DNA of 58,998 nucleotides, the filler included, from Sphacelaria rigidula (lineage: Eukaryota): assembly GCA_964200075.2 (NCBI GenBank). It is 10 parts of 10 records of this genome, joined end to end, with 100 filler letters (N's around TTAATTAATTAA, not from the genome) between each part and the next. Parts side by side here need not be neighbours in the genome. Positions count along the whole stretch, not along the records: positions 11,822 to 17,631 come from CAXNAA020024280.1; positions 17,732 to 23,541 come from CAXNAA020024281.1; positions 23,642 to 29,451 come from CAXNAA020024282.1; 7 more parts are not named here. One strand, written 5' to 3'. A program made the translations under genes and the position numbers. Within the stretch, counting starts at the first letter, position 1, and every line of letters starts with the position of its first letter. This document shows, one piece after another, positions 12,081-25,461 of this stretch. Under the pieces are notes generated by a model. It ran no database searches, was not told where the DNA came from, and saw nothing but the letters and a program-made list of their open reading frames with translations.

Positions 12081-14610
12081 CGCCCGAGTGGGCGGGGTGA
12101 TCGATGTAGAGAGTCGGGCCGGGGAGAAACACCGCAAGGATGTTTGCGCGGCGATAATGATTTATCATTTCTGGACGGGTGAGCATCCCTGCTTTAGTGC
12201 CTACCCGTACACAGGGCCGCCTTGATAACCCATCGCTGTGTGGACCCAATATTGAAGTTGCGGCGATGTGGAGCCAGTAGAGTCAACCTGCGTTGAGCTA
12301 TAAATGTTCATGGTTGATATTACTTTATTTGAGTGTGTACAACGAGAATCGGAGATCTAGTAGGTCTGACAGTCCCGCGTGCTCCTCTCGTGCGCAGAAC
12401 GCGTTTTTTGTTGAAATCGGCGCCACAGGCGCCGATATGGGGTCCACCAAGGCCGCACTTTGCCCAGGGAATGTATGTACCGCCCTTGCCCGAGAGTTTT
12501 CGGTATGCGGCGGATTCGGGTTAGGGTTTGGGGGGGGGGGTAGCGATAGTTGTAAAATTGTGTCAACCATGGACATTTGTAGCCCATCGCCGGTAAACTA
12601 GCTCCTGTGTAGCGTGCCGAAAAGCGCTGTACGAAAACGAGGAACAGCAAATTACACGGTAAAAAGGTTCTCACCTGTGTGTGTCCTGGGGATGAGATGA
12701 AAAAATATAAAGTGGCGATATTTCTTCGTGGCGAAGAAAGTTATGTAGGACGATCGATCAACCCATGCCTTGATATATGTGTAGTATTTTTTTCAACATA
12801 TTGGTAAAATATTTTTGATGTTTTTCGGCAGCTCGGTGGACATGGTGGAGCTCGCAAAGATAATGGAGATGGTTCTCGACGTGGTTAAGCGGCACTCCTC
12901 CCATTCAAGCGAAGTCTTCTGGAGGGATATCGGTGACCTCGGGGCCATGCTTTTCGGAGAAGGGTGAGTACCCCCTCGCCCTACCTCCCGTTCTTTCTCT
13001 ATTAGAATCATTTTCGTCTTCTTTCCTTGTCGTTCTTCTTGTGCTTTCTCTTCTCTTTTGTCTTCTTTCGATTTCCCTGCTTTCATTTTCTCGTTCATCT
13101 ACCGCAATTCGTCCTCCCCCCCTTTTTTTTTCTTCTCATGTTCACCTCACTTGTTCGTGCATTCGGTCTCCTTCTGTTGAGTTTTTTAGCGTCGTTTTTA
13201 TGCTAGTTTTTTCTTCTTCTTTTCCTCCTCTCCTCCCTCTTTTTGTCTCCCCCCCCTCCACCCCGTTACTTTCCCCTCCTTTATCCCTCATGTTTTTTTT
13301 CAAATTTTATATGTAGTCAAGTCGAATACCCAGAAGTGATTGATGAAACTTGTTCCAAGATGTCATGTCTGGGTTTTTTCTTTGCACATCCTATGAGAGT
13401 TTCGGAAAACGCTTTTTTGTCATTTCAGAGTGCAAATATCTCAGGATCAGAGTGTAACGAAACATTATTTCGCCCACGGTCAATAATAGTATCCCCTTAA
13501 CTTTTTGTCGATAAGTTTTATTTGATTTATTCTGCACTCTGATTCTGAGATATTTGCCCTTTGAAATAACAAAAAAATAGCGTTTCCCAAAACTCTATTA
13601 TCTCCCTTTCATAGATTTCATGTGTCGGAGGTCCCTGATCCCAAGCGGAAGCATGGTAAAAGCATGGTAGTGGACGTTCTCACACGAATTCGTAGGGTTA
13701 CAGTCTATCTCTCCCTCAGCAGTCAATTCCTTTCCCTCCTTTGCTTTCCTGTTTCAATCGTCTTTGGGTTGAAGCATATCGGATGGGTAAACGGCTGCGT
13801 TCGCAATATGAATCTTTCATGAGCGACGATCAACCAAAGCATCATTGAAAATTGTCGGTATCTACAGTACTACGACATTGAGGCACGTTGTCCACGCCCC
13901 CTCCCCCCCTAATCACACCTCCGGGTGATGACTGTTCGGATCCCTGAAGGGTTACTCCGTGTTGGATACGGTAACAATCAAATATTTTCAATTGTCGGAC
14001 GAATCATCGCTGGTTCGAAGCACCAATTCTACGAATTCTGAGGTCTGATTGATCGAAAGAGAGGAAAAAGTTGACCGCCGGTCAGAAAAATCCCTACGCA
14101 AATTTTGCGCTATTTCATACGCCTGGAATGAGCTGCGCGTATCTGGGGTGCAACGCCCAAACAGAAGCCCAAGGAATGATACGTACGGTACGGTCGATAC
14201 GTACGGTACGAATATATTATTAGTTGGTAAGGGGGTATAAATTAAATCAATCAATTAATTAAAGATTGTTTGAGGATGGATGGTTGGATTCTATTTTTTG
14301 GACAAGGGAAAGACATATTATACTTGAAAGCGAGAATTTTCAGACGAATGAAAGTGAATTCGTCCCACCCTCGAAAAAGGTTCCTTTTACGGTGCAATCC
14401 ATCAACCGGAAGTTTCTAATGTTTTTTTTGCATGTAATCATATATTCATATTTGTGTGTGTTTTTTTGTGTCACGTGTGTTTTTGGTGCACGCAGCAAGC
14501 AAGCGCACGTTAGCGTGTTTGTCATGCTGGCCGCCCTCTGCAAGATGGCCACCGGCATGCTGAGGACCCAGTCCGACGGAGAACTCGTTGCCCGAGATCT
14601 GGGTAATAAG
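12081..14610 (+). CDS. Gene fragment, probably Sec7/BIG/GBF-type ARF-GEF (or MON2-like) N-terminal region; exons ?-12178 (start uncertain), 12832-12963, 14496-14610
   Basis: Donor and acceptor sites with compatible phases. The last exon, VSVFVMLAALCKMATGMLRTQSDGELVARDLGNK, resembles the AFLVFRALCKLS...DxRxK segment upstream of the Sec7 domain. The contig starts with a GTAAGT donor. The exon structure is better supported than the family call. Confidence 0.55.
13395..13595. mobile_element. Fold-back repeat (MITE-like) with ~60-bp inverted arms
   Basis: CAAATATCTCAGGATCAGAGTG and CACTCTGATTCTGAGATATTTG arms. Inverted copy at ~58620-58830. Confidence 0.65.
13990..14225 (+). repeat. Dispersed repeat with a second copy at ~16465-16665
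   Basis: Shared blocks AAAAAGTTGACCG, CTACGCAA and GCTGCGCGTATCTGGG...GCAACGC in the same order. Confidence 0.7.
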
Positions 14611-15827
14611 GTACGCAAGAGAACAAGGTCTACGGTAAAAAGGGGTATATGCCGTAGGAACGCCCGAACTAGTGGTGGGTTCGTCGGAGATGAGACATGC
14701 GGAGATGAACTCGTAAATCACGAGCTGGAGTGTCGCAATCGGCATCGTAATGCGAGATAACCATCTTGGTGTGTTGTTTGTGCTTGTATTTGTGTGTATT
14801 TGTTGTTGTTCTTGCTGCTCTTCTTGTTCTTGCCTTGCTCTTGCTCTTGCTCTTGCTCTTGTTGTTATTGTTATTGTGTGTTTGTTGTCGCTGCTTCCTT
14901 TCTTGTTTCCTTTCTGTGGCTGGTTGCTTCTGTCTTTTTTCTGTTTCTTTCTTGCCTTCTTTTCTTTTTCTTATTATGTTTTTTTTTTTTTCTGCTCCTG
15001 GCCATGGGTTGGATTGTTGCAATCAGCTAAGGCGAGATATTCAATCAACCAATCAACCGATCAATGTCCTGGTTCGACAGAATGTTCTGACAAGGCATAG
15101 GTCGCATGCACTCATTTTTGCACACGTCGGACAGCTCATGAGCTAGCTACCTAAAATCACAAATCGAAGAGTACTTTCAGATCACGTGTCCGAGAACACT
15201 CAACATATGTGAGCGGAGTCCGAGACGCCAAAACGCTATCCTTGGGGTACTCCGGATGCCCGGCGTCTAGCGCTGCAGGGAGTGAATATGGGAAGAAAAA
15301 TGGATCAAATGAGCTACTGTAGCTCATGAGCTGTCCGGCTTGAGTATTTTCATCTCCAGCGCTGTTGGTTAGGGTTAGGCTCACGTAACCGTGGGTAGTT
15401 GAACTTAACCCCAACTCTGACCCTAGCCCATCCCCCGCACCCCCGCGCTTTTGTTGTTCTAGAGTTAGGATGGTTGTTCATTATGTCCAATATTCTGTTC
15501 CTGCTGTAACCCATTGAGCTAACTCAAGGATAGGTCGATCATCTGTTAGTATTCATGTCACTCGGAGAATCGCTACATGACCAGCAGATGACCTACCTTC
15601 GCGGTCCAAGGGAGTGGATTGCGTCCGTGTGATTCCGTTGATTTGATTCATTGTTACTTGTGTGTGTCCTCGTGTCGTGTGTGCGTTTGTGTTTTGTTTT
15701 GTACTCGTGGTATTTTGGGGCCGTTAGATTCTGGCGTTGGAGCTAATTCACGAGATGCTCAGGGCTACGGGTGATTATTTCCGCTACAGTCGGATCTTCG
15801 GGTACCAGGTATGGAGTATAGATCTTC

Positions 15828-15935
15828 ATGACTGACTGATTGATTGATTGTCGCACTTTGACTGACCTCCCAGGGGTCCAGCCGTGGTGTCATGATGGAC
15901 GTATCCAAGAAGAACGAAACTGAAACACGCTCCGA
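15828..15935 (-). mobile_element. Retroposon 3'-end family with (AATC)n tail
   Basis: Consensus ...CATCATG...GCTGGA...GGTCA..NAAGTGCGACAATCAATCAATC. Diverged copies at ~6645-6715 (+), ~15000-15065 (+), ~16800-16905 (-), ~17222-17300 (+) and ~48690-48765 (+). Confidence 0.65.
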
Positions 15936-16010
15936 AGAAGAGAAGGAAAATAAGAAAACAAAAAATATGACAGCCCGCTTTGTGCTCATGAACGAGGTGG
16001 ATTAGCTTAA

Positions 16011-16110
16011 CCCTTTGGCCACGATGGTGGGTCGCCTGCTGAATTGGCATCAATTTTACTCGAAAAAGTATGCGTGATCCAGATGGACTGCCCGCAGCGA
16101 GGCCCAAGGG
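16011..16110. mobile_element. piggyBac-type MITE (100 bp, CCC...GGG ends, TTAA TSD)
   Basis: TTAA|CCCTTTGGCC...GGCCCAAGGG|TTAA. Further copies at 16184-16288, 16293-~16381, 30898-31002 (inverted), 41530-41630 (inverted) and a fragment at ~15580-15612. Confidence 0.85.
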
Positions 16111-18404
16111 TTAACCTGATTCAAGTATTATTTTAGGTGAAGTGCAGAATAAGCTGCTGATGCACTCACTCCCTGCCGCTTAACCCTTTGACCGCGAGGG
16201 TAGATCACCTGCTGAATCGGCATCAAGATTCGCTCGAAAAATGAAGTATGCGTGATCCTGATGGACTACCCGCACCGCGGTCCAAGGGTCAACCCTTACA
16301 CAGCGAGAGTAGGTAATGTGTTGTATCGGCATCAATTTCACTTGAACAAAGCATGCACGGTGCAGATGGACTACCCTCGCCGTATGTTTGTGACACTTTC
16401 CCCACAATCGTGTGTTATCGGCAGGTGTCCATTTGTGTTGTTTTCGAGTCAAAATGATGTACGGGTCAGATGAATCACGGCCGGTTCAAATCACCAAATC
16501 CACGAATTTTCAGGCCTGGTTGCGCGAAAGACAGAAAAAAGTTGACCGTTGGTGAAAAAGGGCTCTACGCAATTTTCCCGCCATTCCGCGTGCCTGGGCT
16601 GCGCGTATCTGGGTTGCAACGCTGAAAACAAAGCCTAAGGATTGATCCGTACGGTACGAATCAATTACACTAAAATCAAGTAATTTCCTGACGAATCATT
16701 GTGGGGTGGAGAGTCCCAAGAGTGTTAAGATGAGGGTAGGGTACACAATATCCATGGGTACCGTGGTATACAGCACATGTTTCAATCGATACTCCGGTGG
16801 ATTGATCTGATTTGATTTGAATGTGGCACTTTAATTGACCCCTCAGGGATATAGGCGTGGTCACATGATCGATGCATCCGAGACAAGATAAAACTGAAAC
16901 ACTCGCTGAAGAAAAGAGACACAGAATAATAGAACAGACCAACAGAAAAGACTCAGACAGAAGAAAAAAATTGAAGGTTGAAAACAAGAAGAGAAGAAAA
17001 GAGGGTGTTCTGGGACTTGGATCCTATTGGCAGTCGACAATACTCGGATCCTACTGGTATGAGTGTGGCTCTGCGCAAGACGTTTTCCACCGAAGCCATG
17101 TGGCAGAGGCCGACTATTTTTCTTCTTTTTCTTTTGGTCTACTCTGTTCTTCTGCTGTACCTTTTCTGTTTGTTTTTTGGAGCGAGTGAGTGTTTCTTTT
17201 TTTTTTTTTTCTCGGGTACTTCCTATCATGTGGATAATGACAACGGCTGGATCATGACTCCTGGGGGGTCAATTGAAGTACGACAATCAATCAACCAAGT
17301 CAGACTGTCCTTCAGCTTTCGCCTTGCATCGTGTTGACTTGTTCTGTCCTGACTTGGTTCCGTATGCCGACCTGTGCAGTTCCCCCGACTTGGCTTTTTT
17401 TTTCTTTGACCTCTTCCCGCCCGCGTACCATGTAGCCGACGATTCATTTCTCACTTTATTTCACTCCGTTCTTCGGGCCGTACGCATGTGTTTGCTCTTC
17501 CTTTTTTTCCTTCTCTTCCTTGCGTGTTTGTAGAAGCTCGTCCTGCAGAGCGCCGTATTTTTGGTTTTCGGTTTTCCGTGTCCCCCGTGGGGGGATTGTC
17601 CCCCCCCCCTGCCCCCCCCCCCCCCTCCCCCNNNNNNNNNNNNNNNNNNNNNNNNNNNNNNNNNNNNNNNNNNNNTTAATTAATTAANNNNNNNNNNNNN
17701 NNNNNNNNNNNNNNNNNNNNNNNNNNNNNNNTTGCAGTCTGTAGCGTACTGGATCTTACTGTGTTGAACGTGCCGAGTGTACGCAGCGTGCGTCTGGATA
17801 TCGCACCATGACTACCGCCGCGAACGCCCCTGGCTACCGTAGAGCAATTGTTCGGCAATGGCGGTCGCCTCACCGTTGAAGTACTTGTCTACGTCTACGT
17901 GTGTAGGATACTTGTGGCCGCCGCTTGCGTGTTGCGCCATGACGTTTTATACCAGATGGAGGTGTGGAGCTAGTAGGACGCTCAGACAGTACTGAACAGA
18001 CAGGCACAGCGTACCGAAGATGCTCAAACACCTGTTTTTGGGTTATATAATCCATGGTTGATTTGTGATTATCAAAATGATATTTGAGGGTAGACGGCGA
18101 GTGTGTTTACCAGGTGTCTACCTCTACCGGAACAAAAGTGCTCCTTTTGACGACCGTGATTGGTCAGAATGGTCATCCCACGCCACTTGGGCCTCGTGCA
18201 TGGCTCATAATTTTCCGCGAGACACTTTCCCACACACATGGTTGACTCCGTGGGCTTCTCCGATGCTCCGCGGAGAGACCCCCCCCCCCCCCTAAACCAC
18301 CCCACCCGAGCCCTGGAAACCCCCGGATGTCTCGGGACTATCAGCCTGTACAACTATTCCGAGGCGACGCTCGCTGTCTAAGGAGTTCTGTTGATTTTCA
18401 TTTG

Positions 18405-18610
18405 TTTTTAGTTTTCCACCTTCCTTCTGCGGTGGTCGCCTTTATTTTTGATCGCGAGAGGGGTCCAGTAGTCCCTTTCCCCAGTCGACCATGAAGGCGA
18501 ATTTTGTGTACCCACGGCATAGTCGCTCTCCACTGTTGGGCATGGTGTGAGGAAAAATCCCAGACGACCGAACGGTCAAAAGGTTTCGAGGTTACCGACT
18601 GGGCGACCGG
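18405..18610 (-). mobile_element. tRNA-derived SINE family 1, decayed copy
   Basis: The reverse complement aligns over its length with 22058-22285. Confidence 0.75.
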
Positions 18611-19150
18611 CTTCTTCTAAACTTCTCTAAATGCCTCAATTTCAGCAGGTATATCCTATCGAACACAACCTTGCAATTTTGACTTCCAAAATCTCCCGCC
18701 GCGATCCAGTGTTCTCATGGCCCGACTGTCACCATTAAGCATTCAGATAACGTAGGTTTGGTTCTTGCCAGATGCGGTTGGTTTTTTTTCCCGGAGTATC
18801 CGATTTCCATAATCGAAAGCGTGCGTTCGTGGGTGAAGAGATAGAGAGATAGAGAGAGATTATTCATCGAGTTTTGTTTGACGAGAGTTGAGGCGGTGCG
18901 GAATTAGTGCTGACCCAGTCCACAAAATCAAAATGCATGGCGTGTGCCGCGGAGAGATGACTTCATTCTTTGAGACGACGGACTCGTGGCGCGGAAGTTT
19001 AGGAGTTCAAAGTGTGACATAACACAGAATCACACACACAGACACAAATCCATTCGAGATCCGAATCAGACTCTCGTTTCAAAAGCCCGAGATCCACGTC
19101 CAGTGCGTAAACTGCATTCACGTGAGTTCACACGAAGCACTTCCTCTTAC

Positions 19151-20219
19151 CGGCCGAATGGACACGATGCAAAGGTGAAACGGACGCATACGGGTTTGCC
19201 GCGACCATGCTATGGTAATATTGCCCCGCGGCCGTTGTTAGCCCCGCACTCGCTCCTCCATTCACACCTCCACCAGCCTCTCGACCACTGGCGCCGCTCC
19301 CACCTTCAGCATCCCTTTCAGCATTCATGTCTCCTGTGGGCATGTTAGGTATACGTGATTTCCATCGTCGTTGAAAACGTGGGGATGTGAATAGCAAAAC
19401 AAATTTACTACCGTAACCACAGTCAGTCGACGCGGTGCAGAAGGACGCTGAGCGCTGAACCGATCCGCGATACGTGTACCGACGCAAGATTCGAAGGCTC
19501 GCACAGGTCGGCAACTTCGAATCGATCTCTGCTATTTTCGTGCTGGACAGAAATGATAACACGACAAAAGTTATTTAGGACAAGGCGTAACTAGCTTCTG
19601 TACAGCAAGGTGAAACGAAACGTTTTGGCGGGCTGTTTTTTTTTCTTTGCCATTTTCCACGCATTTTCATTTCATTTTTCGCCGAAGGAAGAGGAGCCGG
19701 AATACGGCCATTTTCGGGCCGAGTGATCTTTTTCAACTGTTCGGCCGCACGAAGTAAGCAAGCGACATCTACAACGAAAAACAGAAAGTTGGTTTCAACT
19801 GAAAAAAACGCCGAAGAATGCGTTAAAATAAACGGGAAAATTGCCGGACACGGTTACGAGTCCGTGCAAAGTCAACTAACCTAATTTTTGGGAAGTCAGA
19901 GGAAGCACGTGCTCTGTGACCGCACTGTGGCACCCGCAGTTCAGAGGATCACACTGTAGGAGGACCCACACTCAGGAGGGGCTCGTACTCTACAGGACCG
20001 CACTATAGAGGGATCCGCACTAAACACGGCCTCACCAGGCTCACCAGTAGTTGTAGCCCCGCTACCGCCACCGGCATTTCCATACTGACCGCTAGACTGC
20101 TCGCTGTATCCTCCTCCCCCAGAGGCAGCAGCAGCGGCCGCAGCCGCTGCAGCAGCATGGTGCGGCGATAGGTGTTGATGTGGCGGAGATAAGTGGTGCA
20201 GACCATGGGACCCCGGATA
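19151..20219 (-). CDS. Two exons (20219-20045, 19333-19151) of a His/Ala/Gly-rich low-complexity protein, function unknown
   Basis: Boundaries TTTTGCAG|TAT...ACTG|GTGAG and CACAG|GA...GCCG|GTAAG with matching phase 1. Translation YPGSHGLHHLSPPHQHLSPHH(A)11SGGGG...GDMNAERDAEGG...YYHSMVAANPY. Confidence 0.7.
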
Positions 20220-22057
20220 CTGCAAAAGCAAAGAGAAAAAAGATCAAGACAAAAAAAAAGCGGAAAAATGCAAAATGAGACAAATGTGTTCAGTATCAGG
20301 AAAGCAGGGAAGCCATCGTGCAGAGGGTGTGGAGAATAGGAGTGCGGTACGGAAAATTGATGGATTGTTCGTGGTTGGTTGGTTGACTGATTTGTGGTTT
20401 GATTTGGCCCATGAGGTGATCGATTTAGTGGAAGATCACAGCGCTCTTGTGGCGGGATGTGAGGTTTGTGGATTGGGATGAATCGTTACCCATATGCAGC
20501 TGCTAGCGACCGGATTGCAGTAAAGTACAAATCGGATGACGGATAAATCGAATATTTATGATGGCAACGGTCGGTGGAGGAAAGAGATAGCAGTCCAAAA
20601 AAATAAGATAGAACCTGTGGTACAGTACAGGACAGTACAGTATCGTCGAGTGTTCTCAGTAAAGCAGCATACGCAGCACTTTTGCTCCCCTCTCGCCCAT
20701 CTAGCACGGTGGAGGGGTGTGTGTACTTGTGAGCTTGCATGCCGAAGTCATAAAGATCACTGATCTCGCATCCCTACAAAGCCAAAAAAAAACGGAGCAC
20801 GCCGGGTTTTCGCCGGACCGAGCTCGCAATCAATCACCAAGCGCGAAGCGCCGTGATGCGTTCGGCGAATCGCATGAAGGGTGAGATGCACCCTGCTGAG
20901 ATTGTTCGGTCTCAAGCGTACTGTTCATCTTGCATTTGGACAGCAGCCTCCAATGAGTTGCTTCATTTTCTGGTATCGCCACTTCTAGAGACAGCCACGG
21001 CTCACACACCGCCTCATGGGTGTCACCATTTAAACACTACGTGGCACGATCATCCCCTTCGCGAGGTTTTCCCACCACCCCGCACAATATGACCTAGCTC
21101 GGGCATCATGGTTACCGGAAAAAAAAAACGCAAGAGCGCGAAAAAATCCGGGAATCTGGTTGCCTAGCTGACGCAGTGAGTGGCGTGTTCTACGACGTCG
21201 TTGCCAGCCGACGTCAACCCCATAGGAGTTCCGTTCCAACAAAGCTCGGACGGAGCACGCCGGGTTTTCGCCGGACCAGGCTAAGGGAGAGAGGGGGGGG
21301 AATATTAGTATAAAGTAAGGAAGGTATTATCGCTTACGTAAGTCGACCATGACAGTGGGTTGCATTTTTCATTTCTCCTGTGCCTGTGGTGTACCATTGG
21401 CACCAGAATAGAGAAATTGTACGCGAGGTGAAACGGTACAGACCTTGTTCATATTTTCGAGTACATGCTTGTTCGCGTCTGCGCTTTGCTTTGCACGTCT
21501 TGCTGCTGAGTAAATTTATCTCAACACCCTGGATGATGACAGGAGAACACATAGTCCAAAAGCGTACTGCGTACAGTACGTATGGAAATAAATCTCTTGT
21601 TTATTGCAATAGACGCGATACTACACGCCGTACTCTTTTTTGAAAATGATATCTTTTGTCCAGATGTCTTGAATTAAAAAATATTCCAGCTTCACGAGGA
21701 GAAAATTGGTCGTTCGTTGCACATCAACCGACTCTCCACGAATTTGACCGTGGCCGCTAGATAGATGTATGCACTCAAAGGTAAAATAAACCGAACGTGT
21801 GAAAAAAAACGCGAGGCCGATACGAGTACTCCAAGAGCCCGGTGTTTTGTCTCATGTTGTGCGAGACAGTTTTGTATCCATTTTTCTCCATATCAGGGCA
21901 GAGGCAGGCATGAATGCTTGGATTGCACGCTCTAAATGATGATATTGGATTCCAGTGAGGGAATGTGCTGCGTACAGTATCCACTATGCGTGTATTGCAA
22001 TAGACAATGTATTCCATACTGTAACCAGTCCACTTTTTGACGATGCCATCTGTTGAT

Positions 22058-22285
22058 CGGTCGCCCCGGTGGCTAAGCTGGTAACCTCGAAACCGTCTCG
22101 CGGCGCGGTCGTGGGTTCGAACAGGCATTTTTCCTCACAAATTGCCCAACAGTGGAGAGCGACCATGTCATGGGTACACAAAAATCGACTTAACGGTCGA
22201 CGAGGGAAAGGGAATACTGAACCCCTCTCGCGAAAAAAAAAAGAAGGCAAGCACCGCAGAGGGAAGGGAAGTGGAGTACTAAAAT
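22058..22285 (+). mobile_element. tRNA-derived SINE family 1, near full length
   Basis: Pol III A-box TGGCTAAGCTGG (22070-22081), B-box-like GGTTCGAAC (22114-22122), a ~160-bp body and a TA-rich tail. Copies at 18405-18610 (-) and 41205-41271 (+). Confidence 0.8.
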
Positions 22286-23703
22286 ATATATATATGTATA
22301 TTTTGTCATTATCCAGGGTGTGTTGGATAATGGCAATAGATCGATCGATTTGATTCTGACTCTGATTTTGACTTTGACCTTGATTGGATTAAAAACCATT
22401 GATAGACGTTTGCTTCTTAATATATGCTTTATATAATTTTAGCTCGCATATATTATGCGTTCTTCTTTTTCGGTCTTGCACACTAAATAAAATCAAGTAA
22501 CTGAAACGCGTCGGCGGGGTTTCCGCTTCAAGATGACCTCATTTTGAACAAGATGGATATTATTTTTGGAAGGAACACGCATAAGAAGCAAAAGCCCAGC
22601 GATTGGGTATATCGATCACGGATTTATCCGGTGCGGTCGGGATCGATTCCAGGTAGCCGTAGTCTGTCTGCACGTAATTCTTCTACATGAACACATGGCG
22701 AACTGACGATATTTGGGCCAACCTTTATACAGTCGAAAACGCCCAGAAAATACAAGTGAAGCAAAAAACGCGTAGCGTCGGTTCCCCTCACAGAGAGAGC
22801 GAGCGAGCGAGCGAGCGAGTTTCAAGGCCGTGCTGAATGTCTACTCGGATGAGCGCACTGGAGCCCCTCCCCAACCCAAGAAATAAAACAGGAACAAACT
22901 AGATCAAATTCGACATGAAAAAATCATTGAACAGATAGAAAAACATGTATATATATATGAATAAATAAGTAAAAACATATGGAGCAGAAAAAAAAAGAAG
23001 TGGGACACGTAGTCAGACGATACACGTACATGCAGGCAGTATATATATATACATACATGCCTACGGAAAAACAGACGGTAAGACACTCACGCACCACGGC
23101 ACAGTTTTGAGAGGGACTTTGAGCAGGAAAAAGAAAAAAATGAAAAAGAAAAAGGCAAAGCAAACACATTGCCTTCCTCTTCCTTTCAGAGAGATGGAAT
23201 CAAATTCCAGTCAAGTCATCCCGAGCAAGCAAGTGGTGGTGATGCAAAAATGCAGAGCAAATCAACAAATCCATCCTCACTTCAACGTCTAACCCCTAGA
23301 GTTGGGTACTGGCTGCGGTCAGCAGCCAGTATACTGGGTCCAAACAGTACACTGGTGCCGCGGCGAAGCCGCGACCACCGCCCCCCCCCCCGACTGGTAA
23401 GGGGGCCCCGCCGGAGGCGCCCCGCCGGAGGCGCCCCGCCGGAGGCGTGTTTTTACGCGATTTGGCTTTTTTTGGGTGATTTTGGGCCACTCTGATACTG
23501 CCCGACTCGGGTATAAATAGTAAGTACATGGAAACACTTTGNNNNNNNNNNNNNNNNNNNNNNNNNNNNNNNNNNNNNNNNNNNNTTAATTAATTAANNN
23601 NNNNNNNNNNNNNNNNNNNNNNNNNNNNNNNNNNNNNNNNNTGTTTGTCTTTTGTGTTTTTTGTTTTTTTTGGTTTGTTTTTTTTGGGGGTTGGGGTTGG
23701 GGG

Positions 23704-23737
<34 letters not shown>

Positions 23738-24860
23738 TTCTCGATTTGCCTGCCTCGTTTTTTCGGATCATAACTTCCTCCTTAGGTCCTCATTTTTGTT
23801 GCTTCTGTTCGGTTTTCTAGTGTGGATTCCATTTATTTGTTCTTTTCCCCTCAACCGTTTTGATTTCTCTTGATTTCATAGGACCTGATCCTTTGTCTCG
23901 TGTCAGTCCTTTTTACTAGTTTTTTATTACATTTAACTGTTTTCATGTTTCATGAATTGTTTTTTTTCGTACTAGGGACGTGGTATGTCCTTCCTTGGTT
24001 CCCTTCATGCTGTGGGCCTGATTTCTTCCAGCACTATTTTTCGGTTTCTCTTTTCCTCTCCATCTTTTCGCGGAGTTGATGTTACTCCGCTCTTTGTTTT
24101 CATTTTCCCGGTCTTGCATTACATGGAGATTATATATTTCTTGGTTTTGTCAGACCTGATCCTACCCTTTGTTTCATGTACCCGGTTCGTTCATCACGTT
24201 TCTTCGTCCTCGAAGAACGTTGATCCGATTTTAGGGTGCCCCACCTCTTTCGAGTTGAGCAATTCATGTCGTGGAGTAAGCATTGTACAAAAAGGGTGGG
24301 CACCGAGTATCTGCTTGGACATTGTATCATGACGGAACTGTTACTCTAATATATAGGAGTCCCCCGGTGTCCAGTAGGTCAGTTGCTACTGGTCGGTGAG
24401 AGAAAGTCTACGCATTCCCACCAACCAGTAAGCGCTTTCTTTTTTCCTAGTGGGTCAGCTTTTTGCGAGTCCCACACTACCCAGGATCGATCTAATCGAT
24501 CACGGGTGTCTAAGCGCCGTTACCACCTGAGGATAAATTTTGACTATTTTCAGTGGTTTCTGTTTCCAGTGTAACTGGGATACAGGGACGACATAGCACG
24601 TGCGAAAGCACTCGCTATGATCCGAAAGGGCGGGAGAGATTTTTTCCCCAAACGATGAGGCATTTTCCCCGAATACCAGGTTCGGCCCATCTTTTCATTT
24701 CATGACGAGTTTTTTCCGTGGTCATCGCTAGCCTTGAAAATCCGCGGTTTTCTCGTCGATTTAAGGCTGATGGCATGTATTTGAGTGGATCTTTTTCGGT
24801 ATGAAGTGAAGTGACATCCCCTACTTTGCAGTACAGCGTACACAAAGCAAGAGAGGGGGG

Positions 24861-25461
24861 TGTGACAGCGGATATCAGTCGCTTATATAGAAGGCGTTCT
24901 CGATGTGCGTGATATGGGCGATAGGTCGTATTCCAGCCGTACGTTAGTCACGTTATATTTCAGTCTAGTCTTGCAGTATCGCCCCAGGCTGGTCACTCGT
25001 TTAGCTACTTAGCTAAGACTTCTTAATAACAGAGCTATCAGCCACCACTTGGAGACATCTCGCTTGCAAGCAGGTCAAGAGCACCTCCTCTGCACGTGAA
25101 AGTGAGGCTCTACTTGGCCTTGCGGTGCAGTGCTTATCGGACTCGATGGTCTGTTACTCACGAGCTCAAGGGTCATTCCTCTCGGCTGCGATCGTTCAAT
25201 GTGGCCAGCCGCTGACCTCGTGTCACCCCTGGCCGGGCGTGTTCTTTGAGAGTGGCGCCAGTATCACCTCGTGATCAGACCACGACATAACACCCCCTTA
25301 GCTAGCAATCTCCGTCGTAGAAACGGCGCTTACAATGACTAGGTTACACACCGAAAACTGAGCTCACGACATCAGCCCATCCTGGGAACATAATGTTTGG
25401 CTCGTGAAGTGGCCTAACTTTGTGCGAACAACATCGTCAAAGCTGAGCTCACTTAGTAACC
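24861..25461. repeat. Candidate LTR (~600 bp), likely the 3' LTR of the minus-strand Ty3 element
   Basis: Ends TGTGAC...GTAAC(C), lies ~700 bp downstream of the pol stop and has purine-rich tracts abutting both ends. No partner LTR on this contig. Confidence 0.45.

Noticed and set aside
14669..15146. Hydrophobic or Lys-rich ORFs from the ORF track (also 12933-13316, 16861-17337, 48445-48894)
   Set aside because: They are translations of intronic simple-sequence and pyrimidine-rich tracts.
22616..23120. Possible additional minus-strand exons (~23118-23093 and ~22724-22620)
   Set aside because: Splice-like signals exist, but no phase-consistent, recognisable protein could be assembled.
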